A DNA stretch of 64,000 bases from a virus. Made by a program: the position numbers and the translations under genes. Below the pieces are notes generated by a model. It had not been told where the DNA came from and made no database searches. It worked only from the letters and a program-made list of their open reading frames with translations. The stretch lies in the IMG/VR virus record IMGVR_UViG_3300018868_001080; one strand, given 5' to 3'. Of the stretch, positions 36,550 through 45,927 are shown one piece after another (the first letter of the stretch is position 1; each line of letters starts with the position of its first letter).

Positions 36550-37703
36550 TGTCCCTTACCAAAGACATCAGAAGTGTACTAGATACAATTGATAGTACCA
36601 ATCCGCACGCCACCTATCTGTCAGAGGGCACTCTCTCAAAGGTTGATGGTTGGATCAGCACAGGATCATATGTGTTAAATGGCATCATTTCTGGGAGTAT
36701 TCACAAGGGTGTACCCAGAAACAGAGTAACACTATTCGCAGGTGAAAGTATGACGGGCAAGACTTATGTTATTACAAAAATTCTTGCAAATGCACAAAAA
36801 GAAGGTCTCATACCAGTTATATTTGATACTGAAGGAGCCATTGACGCAGAATCTGCAACCAAGCTTGGGTTGGACACCACCAAGGTGAAGTATGTGCCAT
36901 GCTTTTCAATTGAAGAAACTCGCAACACTATCTATAACTTTCTTACCAAAGTAAAAGAGAATGGACAGGAGGGTAAGTTTATCATTGCAATTGATTCTAT
37001 TGGTAACCTTGATAATCAACTCTCTCTGGATAGAATGACCAAAGAGAGCAGCTCCATGGACATGGGCACAAGAGCCAGAGCAATCAAGAGCTTGCTCAAA
37101 ACCTGCACAACCATGTCACGCTTGACAAAGACAACATTCTTGATCACAAATCATACATATGATGATCCCAGTGCAATGTATGAAAGCATGATCAAGCACC
37201 AACCTGGTGGTAAGAGTGTTTGGTATCTGTCAGATGTGGCAGTGCAGCTGGCGCGTAAGCCTGAAAAAGATGATGGTGGTAAAGCAGTGGACAGTAAGCT
37301 GGCAGTAGGTCAGCGCAATTACCCGGGGGTAATTCTGCGCGCTCTTACTGTTAAAAATAGATTTGTACGACAATACCTGCAAGGTGAGATGTACTTGAGC
37401 TTTGAGTCCGGTCTCAACAAATATTATGGCTTGCTTGACCTGGCTGTGGGTTTTGGAATTGTATTGCAAAATGGTGCTACATATGCCTTGGCTGATGGTA
37501 CCAAGCTCGGATATTATAAGACCTGGAGAACAGATGAAGAGCTTTGGAACACAAAATTGTTACCAGCTATTGAAGCCAAGATAATTGTTGAGTGGCAGTA
37601 TGGCAATTCAAATGAAGTGCCAGATGAACTACCAACTGAAGATGTGCCTGTTGTTAAAAAAACTAAAGGTGCTAAGTTGGCGGATGATGTTAACGACCAA
37701 TAA
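36549..37703 (+). CDS. uvsX: RecA-like recombinase
   Basis: ISTGSYVLN, AGESMTGKT, FDTEGA, IDSIG, TNHTY, KNRF. Confidence 0.93.
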   Translation: MSLTKDIRSVLDTIDSTNPHATYLSEGTLSKVDGWISTGSYVLNGIISGSIHKGVPRNRVTLFAGESMTGKTYVITKILANAQKEGLIPVIFDTEGAIDAESATKLGLDTTKVKYVPCFSIEETRNTIYNFLTKVKENGQEGKFIIAIDSIGNLDNQLSLDRMTKESSSMDMGTRARAIKSLLKTCTTMSRLTKTTFLITNHTYDDPSAMYESMIKHQPGGKSVWYLSDVAVQLARKPEKDDGGKAVDSKLAVGQRNYPGVILRALTVKNRFVRQYLQGEMYLSFESGLNKYYGLLDLAVGFGIVLQNGATYALADGTKLGYYKTWRTDEELWNTKLLPAIEAKIIVEWQYGNSNEVPDELPTEDVPVVKKTKGAKLADDVNDQ

Positions 37704-38424
37704 GCCTGCTGTTGTAGTTCCAGTGAGTGGTGGCATGGACAGTACCGTGTTGCTGCATAAAGCTGCGCGCGAATTCAATAAAATTCACTGCATAAGCTTT
37801 GACTATGGTCAGAAACACAAGAAAGAATTAACTTGTGCTGCAACACAGATTGATCTGATAAAGAACAAGCTTGGTAATGACAATGTTTCCTGGGAAACTA
37901 TTGATTTGTCTTTTTTCAAGACCATCTCTTCAACATCTGCTCTCACAAACAGTGACATTGCTGTGGCAAAAGCTAAGCATGCCATGGGCGATCCACAGAC
38001 AGTTAATTACGTACCATTTAGAAACTTAATGTTGCTTAGCATTTGCCTGGCATATGCCGAGAGTCATGAAGCTACATCTGTATGGCATGGCGCTGCACAA
38101 GCTGACAGCATTGCAGGCTACTGGGATGGTAGTGCAGAGTTTATTGCTGATATCAACAAAATTGCATCATTAAATCGCAGATCACGCATTAAGATAGAAG
38201 CACCATTGCTTACAAAATCAAAATTGGATATTGTCACGCTTGGTGTGCATTTGGGTGTACCATTCAAGGACACCTGGACATGTTATGAGGGTGGTCAAGA
38301 TGCATGTGGTGAATGCACTGCATGCAGTCTTCGTTTGCAGGGCTTCATCAAAGCAGGATTTGTTGATCCTATCTCCTACACAAAAGAAATTGACTGGAAT
38401 TCCTACAACTGTATTCCATTATAA
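37684..38424 (+). CDS. queC: 7-cyano-7-deazaguanine synthase
   Basis: SGGMDS, FDYGQKH, YVPFRN, TWTCY, CGECTAC. Confidence 0.95.
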   Translation: MMLTTNKPAVVVPVSGGMDSTVLLHKAAREFNKIHCISFDYGQKHKKELTCAATQIDLIKNKLGNDNVSWETIDLSFFKTISSTSALTNSDIAVAKAKHAMGDPQTVNYVPFRNLMLLSICLAYAESHEATSVWHGAAQADSIAGYWDGSAEFIADINKIASLNRRSRIKIEAPLLTKSKLDIVTLGVHLGVPFKDTWTCYEGGQDACGECTACSLRLQGFIKAGFVDPISYTKEIDWNSYNCIPL

Positions 38425-38428
38425 TTAA

Positions 38429-39079
38429 ATGTGTGGTATATTTGGAGCTGTGGACAGAGAGAGATTTAAATCACTGTACAACTTGAACAAGCAGAGAGGT
38501 AATTTTTCTTTTGGATGCTGCTTTTTAACACAAGATAGACGCACACAGTACTGTGAATCCGCACCTGGCGAGGTGGATGTAGAGGATTTTATGAATGAGG
38601 ACTACTATTATCTGCTAGGGCATACACAGGCCCCTACATCATCTGCTCGTGAGTATGACCGTGCCACTTCGCATCCATTCATAGCTGGTGATTGGGTTGT
38701 TGCTCACAATGGTGTGTTATCAAATTTTGAGATATTGAAACAGAAGTATGCACCAGACCACACAAACCCCGTGGATAGCAGCATCATACCGGTGCTGCTT
38801 GACTGCATGCAAGAGGAAGACGAGATTAAAACAATAACAAGCGTGCTTGAGACCATTGAAGGCACATACAGTCTGTGGCTATACAATAATATTAGCAAGA
38901 ATATCTATGTGGCAAGATGTGGCAGTACCTTGTTTGGCGATCTGCTTAGATGTGAATTCTCCTCGTACCCTGACATTGGATTAACAGAACTTGATGATAA
39001 CACCCTGTATCTTGTAACACAAGAAGGTCTTACAAAAGTCTCAGGCTTCAATGGCAACTCTCCATTTTTTATTATATGA
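38429..39079 (+). CDS. class II (Ntn) glutamine amidotransferase, Gat partner of QueC
   Basis: MCGIFG, LGHTQAPT, HPF, AHNGVL, DS. Confidence 0.85.
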   Translation: MCGIFGAVDRERFKSLYNLNKQRGNFSFGCCFLTQDRRTQYCESAPGEVDVEDFMNEDYYYLLGHTQAPTSSAREYDRATSHPFIAGDWVVAHNGVLSNFEILKQKYAPDHTNPVDSSIIPVLLDCMQEEDEIKTITSVLETIEGTYSLWLYNNISKNIYVARCGSTLFGDLLRCEFSSYPDIGLTELDDNTLYLVTQEGLTKVSGFNGNSPFFII

Positions 39080-39750
39080 ATATTTGTGTCTATAGTTGTA
39101 CTCGCAAGGAAGATGAAACACAGACAGTTCTGTATAAAAGTTGTGTAGCATTTGAACACCTGGATGTGTATTTCAAGAAAAATAATACTGAAGGTTTATC
39201 TAAATCATACAATGATTTTCTATTTAGTACAGAAGCTGCTGCATATGATGTTGTTGTGTTTTGTCATGATGATGTGTTCCTAGATGATCTCAAGCTGCAG
39301 AGCAAATTACAAGCTGCAATGGAGCTTGGCTACGATATCGTGGGTCTTGCAGGTTGCGTGTCACCAAGAATTATGAGACCCGCACTGTGGCATCTCATGG
39401 CAGGTGGGTTTGGCGGGTCCAATTTGAGAGGCATTGTGAACCACTATCAGGATGCAGATCACAAGCACTATTTTGCAACAAATTTTGGCATTACACCTGC
39501 ACGTGTTGCCATACTTGACGGTCTCTTTCTCGCTGTTAACGTCAACAAAGCCAAGGAGGCAAATTGGCGCTTTAACGAAAACTACAGCTTTCATCATTAT
39601 GATATTGCATCCTGCATAGATGCAAATGCAAAAAAATTAAAACTTGGCGTGTATCCCATCAATGTTATACACGGTTCTCCTGGGCTACAATCATTTGATG
39701 ACAATTTTAAAGCCAGTGAAGATATCTTCATGCAGGAATATGCAGGTTGA
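39076..39750 (+). CDS. GT-A fold glycosyltransferase
   Basis: GLSKSYN, FCHDDV, DIVGLAG, LDGLFLA, FHHYD. Confidence 0.75.
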   Translation: MNICVYSCTRKEDETQTVLYKSCVAFEHLDVYFKKNNTEGLSKSYNDFLFSTEAAAYDVVVFCHDDVFLDDLKLQSKLQAAMELGYDIVGLAGCVSPRIMRPALWHLMAGGFGGSNLRGIVNHYQDADHKHYFATNFGITPARVAILDGLFLAVNVNKAKEANWRFNENYSFHHYDIASCIDANAKKLKLGVYPINVIHGSPGLQSFDDNFKASEDIFMQEYAG

Positions 39751-39774
39751 TTAATTGATATTTTCTTTTATCAT
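39747..39774 (+). promoter_or_regulatory. sigma70-like promoter TTGATT-N16-TATCAT
   Basis: 7 nt before the gp41 ATG. Confidence 0.6.
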
Positions 39775-39781
39775 ATAAATT

Positions 39782-41116
39782 ATGCAAGAGCACGCTTTAG
39801 ACCTGGATTTCTTTGAGCATGTATTTCTATACAAATCACTCACCGACGAAAAGTTTTTAGGCTCAATAGTGGACATTGTCAAGCCTGCTTTCTTCAAAGA
39901 CAGAAACATCAAAAGTATTTTCAGCATCATTAAAGAATTTTACGTTAAAAATACTACTGTACCCACATTAACTGAGATCAAGGCTTATCTGAGTACTGAC
40001 AAGCTTAAGGAGAGCTTCAAAGAAGCCATTTCAAAATTTAAAGACATTGACAAGAATTTTAATGAAGAAGAGCTCTATCGTAATGCTGAAAGATTTCTGA
40101 GAGAAAAAGCTGTGTACACAACCATGCTGGAGGTAGCAGACAAGTGTTCAAAGGGCGAAATTAATACAGCAGAAATTCTGGAGAAGTTCGATACTTCATG
40201 CAGTATTAATTTGGCCATGGACCTCGGCATAGAGATATTAACTGATTCACAGCTTATCATAGACGATTTGAATAAAGTTGAAAGCTTCATCTCCACCGGG
40301 TATCCCTGGATTGATCAACGCATAGGTGGTGGGTTACAGCAGAACGGCAGATCATTGTATGTCTTTGCAGGTGAAACAAACATAGGCAAATCAATCTTCC
40401 TGGCTAATGTAGCTACAAACATTGCCAAGCAAAACAAAACTGTGTTATTAATTTCTCTTGAAATGCCAGAACTCATATATGCCAAGAGGCTTTCTTCTAA
40501 TATTACTAAGATTCCAATCTTTAGACTGAAGGGCGAGCAAGATCAACTCAAGATTGGGCTAGATGAATTTAACAAAAAGAACCCTAGTGCAAGAATTTAT
40601 GTGAAAGAGTTCCCCCCATCCACAATATCACCTTTGCAGCTGAATGCTTTTATAAAGAAGTTTATTGCCAAGGGCATCAAAGTGGATGCTATTGTACTTG
40701 ATTATCTTAACCTTATTCATTCACCGACTGGTACTAATTCATATGAAAGAGTAAAATATGTTACTGAAAAAGTACGTGCCATGTCCTATGTTTTTAATTG
40801 CCCCATCATCTCTGCTACTCAATTGAATCGCTCTGGATATAATGAATCTGACCCTTCCATTGCCACTATCAGTGAGAGCATAGGGTTAGCTGCAACTGCA
40901 GATGTTGTCATGAGTATTTTTCAGACAGATGAGGAGAGGGAGCTGGGTGTTATTCACTTGGGCATGATGAAGAATCGATTTGGACCAAATTTCGGTAATA
41001 TTCTGCTGCGAGTAGATTATCCAACACTGACAATAACACAAGATGACAACATCAATGATACAGATGAGAGCAACTCGCTCACATCAACACTCAAGGCACT
41101 AGCAGATAACAATTGA
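39782..41116 (+). CDS. gp41: replicative DnaB-like helicase
   Basis: GETNIGKS, ISLEM, VKEFP, LDYLNL, SATQLNR, KNRFG. Confidence 0.95.
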   Translation: MQEHALDLDFFEHVFLYKSLTDEKFLGSIVDIVKPAFFKDRNIKSIFSIIKEFYVKNTTVPTLTEIKAYLSTDKLKESFKEAISKFKDIDKNFNEEELYRNAERFLREKAVYTTMLEVADKCSKGEINTAEILEKFDTSCSINLAMDLGIEILTDSQLIIDDLNKVESFISTGYPWIDQRIGGGLQQNGRSLYVFAGETNIGKSIFLANVATNIAKQNKTVLLISLEMPELIYAKRLSSNITKIPIFRLKGEQDQLKIGLDEFNKKNPSARIYVKEFPPSTISPLQLNAFIKKFIAKGIKVDAIVLDYLNLIHSPTGTNSYERVKYVTEKVRAMSYVFNCPIISATQLNRSGYNESDPSIATISESIGLAATADVVMSIFQTDEERELGVIHLGMMKNRFGPNFGNILLRVDYPTLTITQDDNINDTDESNSLTSTLKALADNN

Positions 41117-41147
41117 TTATTTATAGATTTTCCTAAATACTCATAGA

Positions 41148-42026
41148 ATGCAAGACAAGTACTGCTTTGTTGTACCGTCCAATATAGAGGCGGCCAGCTG
41201 TGTATTGGCCTTTCTATGGCTTACCAAGAAAGATGATGTTACAACCATTGTGTCCAGTGAGAACAACCTACAGAACGATCTCAAAAAAATTAAATTGGAT
41301 GCATTCAAGTTTGTGTATATTGTTGGCTTCTATGATTTTAAGGGTCTAGATCAACTGTACAATCGTAAAAACATATACGTCATTAATAAAAAACTTACTA
41401 ATGTGCCAGACTTTGAGTTGACCCACTTTCTCTCTGGTGGTAACACTACTTTAGACTTGATAATTAACATGCTGCAGAAACATACCCAAGACAAACTAAG
41501 CAACAATCAAGAGATCTTTCTTGACAACATCAGACGGTACTTGACATTCACATTTGAAAATGATCTTACTCCATTAAAGCTATTTTACTACTTCAAAACA
41601 CAACCCGACATGAACAAGGTGGATGCATTCATACGCAAATTTCATGCCGGGTTAATATTGTTCAACGAAACAGAGAACTACAAGATTAGCATATTGCTCA
41701 AGGAGCTGGCCATAACACTCAAATCATTGAAGCTGTTCAAAGGCACTGTGAGCCACAACAACATCACATACAATGTAGTTTCCACTTTTAGCTCCAAATT
41801 TAAGAATGAAGTTGCTCACAAGATTCTCAAGAAAGGTGTGGACATCTCACTTGTGTTGGATCTGGAAAAACGAACAGCACATTTTCGCAAGAACAAAGAC
41901 ATTGACATTGACTTAGGCAATTTCGTGCATAAATGCTTTTCAGGATATGGAACTGAACATGCAGCATTTTGCAAGCTCAATGAGCAAATCATTGACTTAA
42001 CAAAGAATTTCTTCCCCATTACATGA
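41148..42026 (+). CDS. degenerate DHH/DHHA1-like protein
   Basis: C-terminal FRKNKDIDIDLG...GYGTEHAAF resembles DHHA1; catalytic motifs absent. Confidence 0.45.
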   Translation: MQDKYCFVVPSNIEAASCVLAFLWLTKKDDVTTIVSSENNLQNDLKKIKLDAFKFVYIVGFYDFKGLDQLYNRKNIYVINKKLTNVPDFELTHFLSGGNTTLDLIINMLQKHTQDKLSNNQEIFLDNIRRYLTFTFENDLTPLKLFYYFKTQPDMNKVDAFIRKFHAGLILFNETENYKISILLKELAITLKSLKLFKGTVSHNNITYNVVSTFSSKFKNEVAHKILKKGVDISLVLDLEKRTAHFRKNKDIDIDLGNFVHKCFSGYGTEHAAFCKLNEQIIDLTKNFFPIT

Positions 42027-42313
42027 ACATCAAAGAACTCAACCCTTCGTTTAAAATGGTTGAGTCTGAAACAATGCACAACTTCTTATCTTTTTGCACC
42101 TTCATATACCTAATAAATGGTAAAAAACTTAACTTGGCAAATATCTTTCTGCTATGCCTAAAGAATGAAAACATTAAGAAACTATACAAAAGAATATTAG
42201 AAGTGGATAATGATTATTATGCCTTTAAAATGTTCTTTGAATTTGATCCTACACTGTACAAGAGTAAATACATAATGAAGTTTTTAAGCAACAGAGAAAA
42301 ATATGAGAAATAA
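42023..42313 (+). CDS. hypothetical protein
   Basis: ATGA overlap with the upstream gene. Confidence 0.6.
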   Translation: MNIKELNPSFKMVESETMHNFLSFCTFIYLINGKKLNLANIFLLCLKNENIKKLYKRILEVDNDYYAFKMFFEFDPTLYKSKYIMKFLSNREKYEK

Positions 42314-42506
42314 CGCCGAAGTAAAATTAGAGTCAAAGAAATCCTCTAGCAAAGAATATTTTGATAAAAAGCTAAATATCTTTTCCAAGTCAGTTAAGAA
42401 AAGTGGTGTGCTAGAAGATTTAAAATGGAAACGATGCTTCTACAAGCCATCAATGCTCAAGAAGTTGAAGAAGAAGAATGCGCACTTGAAGTGGAAATTT
42501 TATTGA
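42303..42506 (+). CDS. rpsU: ribosomal protein bS21
   Basis: 67 aa, basic; FSKSVKKSGVLEDLKWKRCFYKPS aligns by eye with the bS21 core FKRxxxKAGVLxExRxREFYEKP. Confidence 0.82.
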   Translation: MRNNAEVKLESKKSSSKEYFDKKLNIFSKSVKKSGVLEDLKWKRCFYKPSMLKKLKKKNAHLKWKFY

Positions 42507-43138
42507 TGTTAAGTGATTTCGAGAAATTCCTTTACAACAAATACTTGAGCTGCACTAAAAAAGCACAAAACAAACCCTATACTCTTCGAAAAGATTTTTC
42601 CAATATTGACAGCTCTACGGCCTTCTATCTGAAGAAGTTGGGCCTTTTTTTCAACAAATTCAAGCAAATCAAAATTGATGATTTTTTTGGAGCCCCTTTT
42701 GGTTTGCACAAGGATGAAAAATACATTGATTTGAAGTTCTACATTTCACCCAAAGCTGTAAACATGTACAACATGTATAAGAAACAAAAAGAAACACAAG
42801 ACCCCGACACTACTGACAATCTAAAACACACAGCATCTGCATTAAAATTTATTAAAAACTATTGCTCTGTCCACAACATACACATCAAAGACTATCTCAA
42901 TTTTACTGAACATACAAATAGCCTGCCAGCATTTGTAGGACATCTGCAATCGCATGATGTTAACTTTTACTCACTGATGGGATTTAATAATTTTATGAAA
43001 CTATTGACACAAAATTTTGAAACCCACAAATTTGTGCTTGGTGATGTGCTTGACAACATGCATGAGATATACAGCAATTTTGTGCGATCTAAAAAATTAA
43101 AAGTTTTAGTAAGAGAAGGCATTAAGAAAATTGCTTGA
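42506..43138 (+). CDS. hypothetical protein, possibly gp59-like helicase loader
   Basis: About 210 aa immediately upstream of gp32 (T4 synteny only); TGATG overlap sets the start. Confidence 0.35.
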   Translation: MLSDFEKFLYNKYLSCTKKAQNKPYTLRKDFSNIDSSTAFYLKKLGLFFNKFKQIKIDDFFGAPFGLHKDEKYIDLKFYISPKAVNMYNMYKKQKETQDPDTTDNLKHTASALKFIKNYCSVHNIHIKDYLNFTEHTNSLPAFVGHLQSHDVNFYSLMGFNNFMKLLTQNFETHKFVLGDVLDNMHEIYSNFVRSKKLKVLVREGIKKIA

Positions 43139-43162
43139 TATATTATACTCTTCCTATATTAT
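43135..43162 (+). promoter_or_regulatory. sigma70-like promoter TTGATA-N16-TATTAT
   Basis: 8 nt before ATG 43171. Confidence 0.55.
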
Positions 43163-43170
43163 ATTTAAAT

Positions 43171-44019
43171 ATGAATGACATCACCAAATCAATGTTTGAG
43201 AGTATTAAAACGGCACTAGTTCGTCAAGACAATGGCAATTCCTCCTATCGCGACATCCTCAGGATGGAAGCAGATAAGACGTACGTAGTACGCTTGCTGC
43301 CCAACATCAAGGATCCTGCCAAGACTTTCTTCCACTTCTATCAACATGCTTTCAATAGCTTTGCAACAGGCAAGTTCATGTCTGTGGTTTCACCTTCATC
43401 CTTTGGAGAAAGAGATCCCATCTCTGAACTCAAGTACAAATTAATACGCACAGGATCTGATGAAGAAAAGAAGAAGGCAGCCACTCTTGCGTGGTCTGAG
43501 CGTTGGCTAGTGAATGCATACATTGTTGATGACCCTACTAATCCTGATAACAACGGCAAGGTTAAGATTCTACAGTTTGGCAAGCAATTGCACAAGATTA
43601 TCATGCGTGCTATTGATGGTGATGACGCAGATGATCTTGGTGTAAAAGTATTCTCACTCAAAGCTGATGGTGTTAATCTCAAGATTACTTGTGAGACCCA
43701 GGGCGGGTTCAAGACGTACACTTCCTCCAAGTTCTCCATGCCAAGGGCCATTGATGGTGTAACTGATAAGAACATTGATGAAATTCTTGGCACCATGCAT
43801 GACTTGGAGAAAATTAACCCAGTCAAATCCTATGATGATCTCAAGAAGATTCTGGATGAGCATTTTCTCTGTGTTGAGTCTGCAGATAATGTGACACAAG
43901 AAGTTGCAGTCAAGCCAATGGAGAGACAATCAATTGTCACAGCTGCTAGCACCTCAAAGCCTTCTGCAGCAGTTGATGATGATGAGGTCAAGAGATTACT
44001 TGACGGATTAGATGAATAA
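43171..44019 (+). CDS. gp32: single-stranded DNA-binding protein
   Basis: VVRLLP, DDPTNPDNNGKVKILQFGK, YTSSKF, acidic C-terminal tail. Confidence 0.9.
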   Translation: MNDITKSMFESIKTALVRQDNGNSSYRDILRMEADKTYVVRLLPNIKDPAKTFFHFYQHAFNSFATGKFMSVVSPSSFGERDPISELKYKLIRTGSDEEKKKAATLAWSERWLVNAYIVDDPTNPDNNGKVKILQFGKQLHKIIMRAIDGDDADDLGVKVFSLKADGVNLKITCETQGGFKTYTSSKFSMPRAIDGVTDKNIDEILGTMHDLEKINPVKSYDDLKKILDEHFLCVESADNVTQEVAVKPMERQSIVTAASTSKPSAAVDDDEVKRLLDGLDE

Positions 44020-44440
44020 AACACCTCAAGAAGAGTATCTTGAAAAAGTAGAACTGATCAAGTTCTTTGGAGCCGTAAAAGGTTCCTTGAATGAGATCAA
44101 CACCAAGGTTGTGGAAGGTAGCAATCTGCGGTCCGATCTGGATATTAAAAAGCTGGCCCTGGACCACGACAAAGCCATGGGCACACCACAAGCTGCAGAA
44201 CCACAATCTCAATTGCAGCTTGTGCACGGAGACTCTAGCAATAATTTTGTGCAGGCACCTATTGCTATTGAAACTATTTCACATGATGATCCCAACCAAT
44301 TAACATTGCCATTTGACAAGAAATACAGTCTGAATGACATTTTTGCAAAAATTGATGACATGTACAGAAAAGTTATTCTTCTGGAGAATCAAGTTTATAA
44401 ATTGCAGCAACTAGTTGAGAATAAAAAAAAAGAACTATAA
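44012..44440 (+). CDS. hypothetical protein
   Basis: ORF between gp32 and gp45. Confidence 0.6.
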   Translation: MNKTPQEEYLEKVELIKFFGAVKGSLNEINTKVVEGSNLRSDLDIKKLALDHDKAMGTPQAAEPQSQLQLVHGDSSNNFVQAPIAIETISHDDPNQLTLPFDKKYSLNDIFAKIDDMYRKVILLENQVYKLQQLVENKKKEL

Positions 44441-44449
44441 TATATCAAA

Positions 44450-45190
44450 ATGGTTCTCAAGATTTACAACCTAAAAGCCTTTAACAACGGGTTTTTGTAT
44501 AACATATCCAAACTAACCGATAGCTGCATCTTACGATTTGAAAAGAATGAAGTGTCTTGCATTGCAAGTAACAATGACAACACTGTAGTTTATTACAGTT
44601 CTTCCAATCAGGATACACCCTTTATAAATGACAACCTAGTCACACTCAACATACCAGACGTTAAGAAGTTGATAAAAATATTCTCTTGCATTGAGGATAA
44701 TAATATTCAATTGGCTGTTGAAAACAATAACATATCCTTTGCAAACAACTCTTTCAAATTCAAGTACCATCTGCTAGAAGATGGTATCATTGTCATACCA
44801 AAGATAAACATTTCAAAGATATTTGCCCTACAGTTCAACACCACTTTCAAAATTAAAAAGAATGAGCTTCAAAATATTCTCAAGGCAAGCACCATTGCAT
44901 TGGATGTTACAAAGCTATATCTATACAGTGATGACACAGGCATCTTTTGTGATTTTACTGACAACAACAGACACAACATTGATAGTATTGCTCTGAAGAT
45001 AACGGATACTTTTGAAGGTGAAAAGATCAAGCAACCTGTGCCTATTAACTTTGAGATTGTGAGATTGATATCATCTTCAAAATCTAACGCGCTAAACATC
45101 AATTACAACAACAGCCTCGGGGTGTTTCTCTTTGATCTTGAGGAACAAGGGCACACCTGTAAATATGTTGTGTCAGCGCTTGTAAACTGA
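44450..45190 (+). CDS. gp45: DNA polymerase sliding clamp
   Basis: 246 aa, PCNA/gp45-like pattern (LNIPDVKKL, FKYHL, KYVVS); replication context. Confidence 0.75.
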   Translation: MVLKIYNLKAFNNGFLYNISKLTDSCILRFEKNEVSCIASNNDNTVVYYSSSNQDTPFINDNLVTLNIPDVKKLIKIFSCIEDNNIQLAVENNNISFANNSFKFKYHLLEDGIIVIPKINISKIFALQFNTTFKIKKNELQNILKASTIALDVTKLYLYSDDTGIFCDFTDNNRHNIDSIALKITDTFEGEKIKQPVPINFEIVRLISSSKSNALNINYNNSLGVFLFDLEEQGHTCKYVVSALVN

Positions 45191-45198
45191 GCAAATAT

Positions 45199-45822
45199 AT
45201 GTACAATACAGAATCATGGAAGGGAACTTTTATTAATGATTTAATAAGAGACTTGCAGTGTGGATCTTATCTAGAGTTGGGGATAGCGGCTGCCGATACA
45301 TGGAATGCTGTTACTTGTCAAAATAAAGTCGGTATTGATAGTAACCCCAACATACGAGTGCCTGGTGTTATTTGTAATACAACAGATGAATACTTCAAAT
45401 CCCTGGATCCTACTGTTAAATTTGATCTCATTTACATTGACGCATATCATGAAAAAAATCAAGTCAAAAGAGATTTTTGCAACAGCTGGAACCACTTGAA
45501 TCCAGGCGGCACAATTGTAATGCATGATATTAACCCACTATCTTCTGAAGCTACAAGTGCATTTGCCAATCATAATTGTTTTGCATTTTGGATTGGTTTG
45601 GTTAATGCCTACCAATCAAGATTGGCAGTTTTCAGTGGTGGCACTATTTGTGGAAAATACGACAGCGTCGGGTTATACTACAAGAATGATGAAGCAATCG
45701 ATTCAAATAATTTAAATGTGGATCATAGTTATGAGTATTTCGATAACAACAGGGAAACCTTGATTAAAAAGCTAGAGCTATCATACAATGATATTATTGC
45801 AAAATATTCACAATTTAAATGA
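45199..45822 (+). CDS. class I SAM-dependent methyltransferase (Methyltransf_24-like)
   Basis: YLELGI, FDLIYIDAYH, LNPGGTIVMHD. Confidence 0.85.
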   Translation: MYNTESWKGTFINDLIRDLQCGSYLELGIAAADTWNAVTCQNKVGIDSNPNIRVPGVICNTTDEYFKSLDPTVKFDLIYIDAYHEKNQVKRDFCNSWNHLNPGGTIVMHDINPLSSEATSAFANHNCFAFWIGLVNAYQSRLAVFSGGTICGKYDSVGLYYKNDEAIDSNNLNVDHSYEYFDNNRETLIKKLELSYNDIIAKYSQFK

Positions 45823-45923
45823 CAACAAACACATCAACTTGTAGCAATTTGAATATATTTCTTTTTGATCTTGAAGAATCTACACACACTGGTAAATATG
45901 TTGTATCAGCGTTTGCAAATTAA
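45819..45923 (+). pseudogene. second, diverged copy of the gp45 3' end (34-codon ORF)
   Basis: Encodes ...IFLFDLEESTHTGKYVVSAFAN* versus gp45 ...VFLFDLEEQGHTCKYVVSALVN*. Confidence 0.8.
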
Positions 45924-45927
45924 AATT

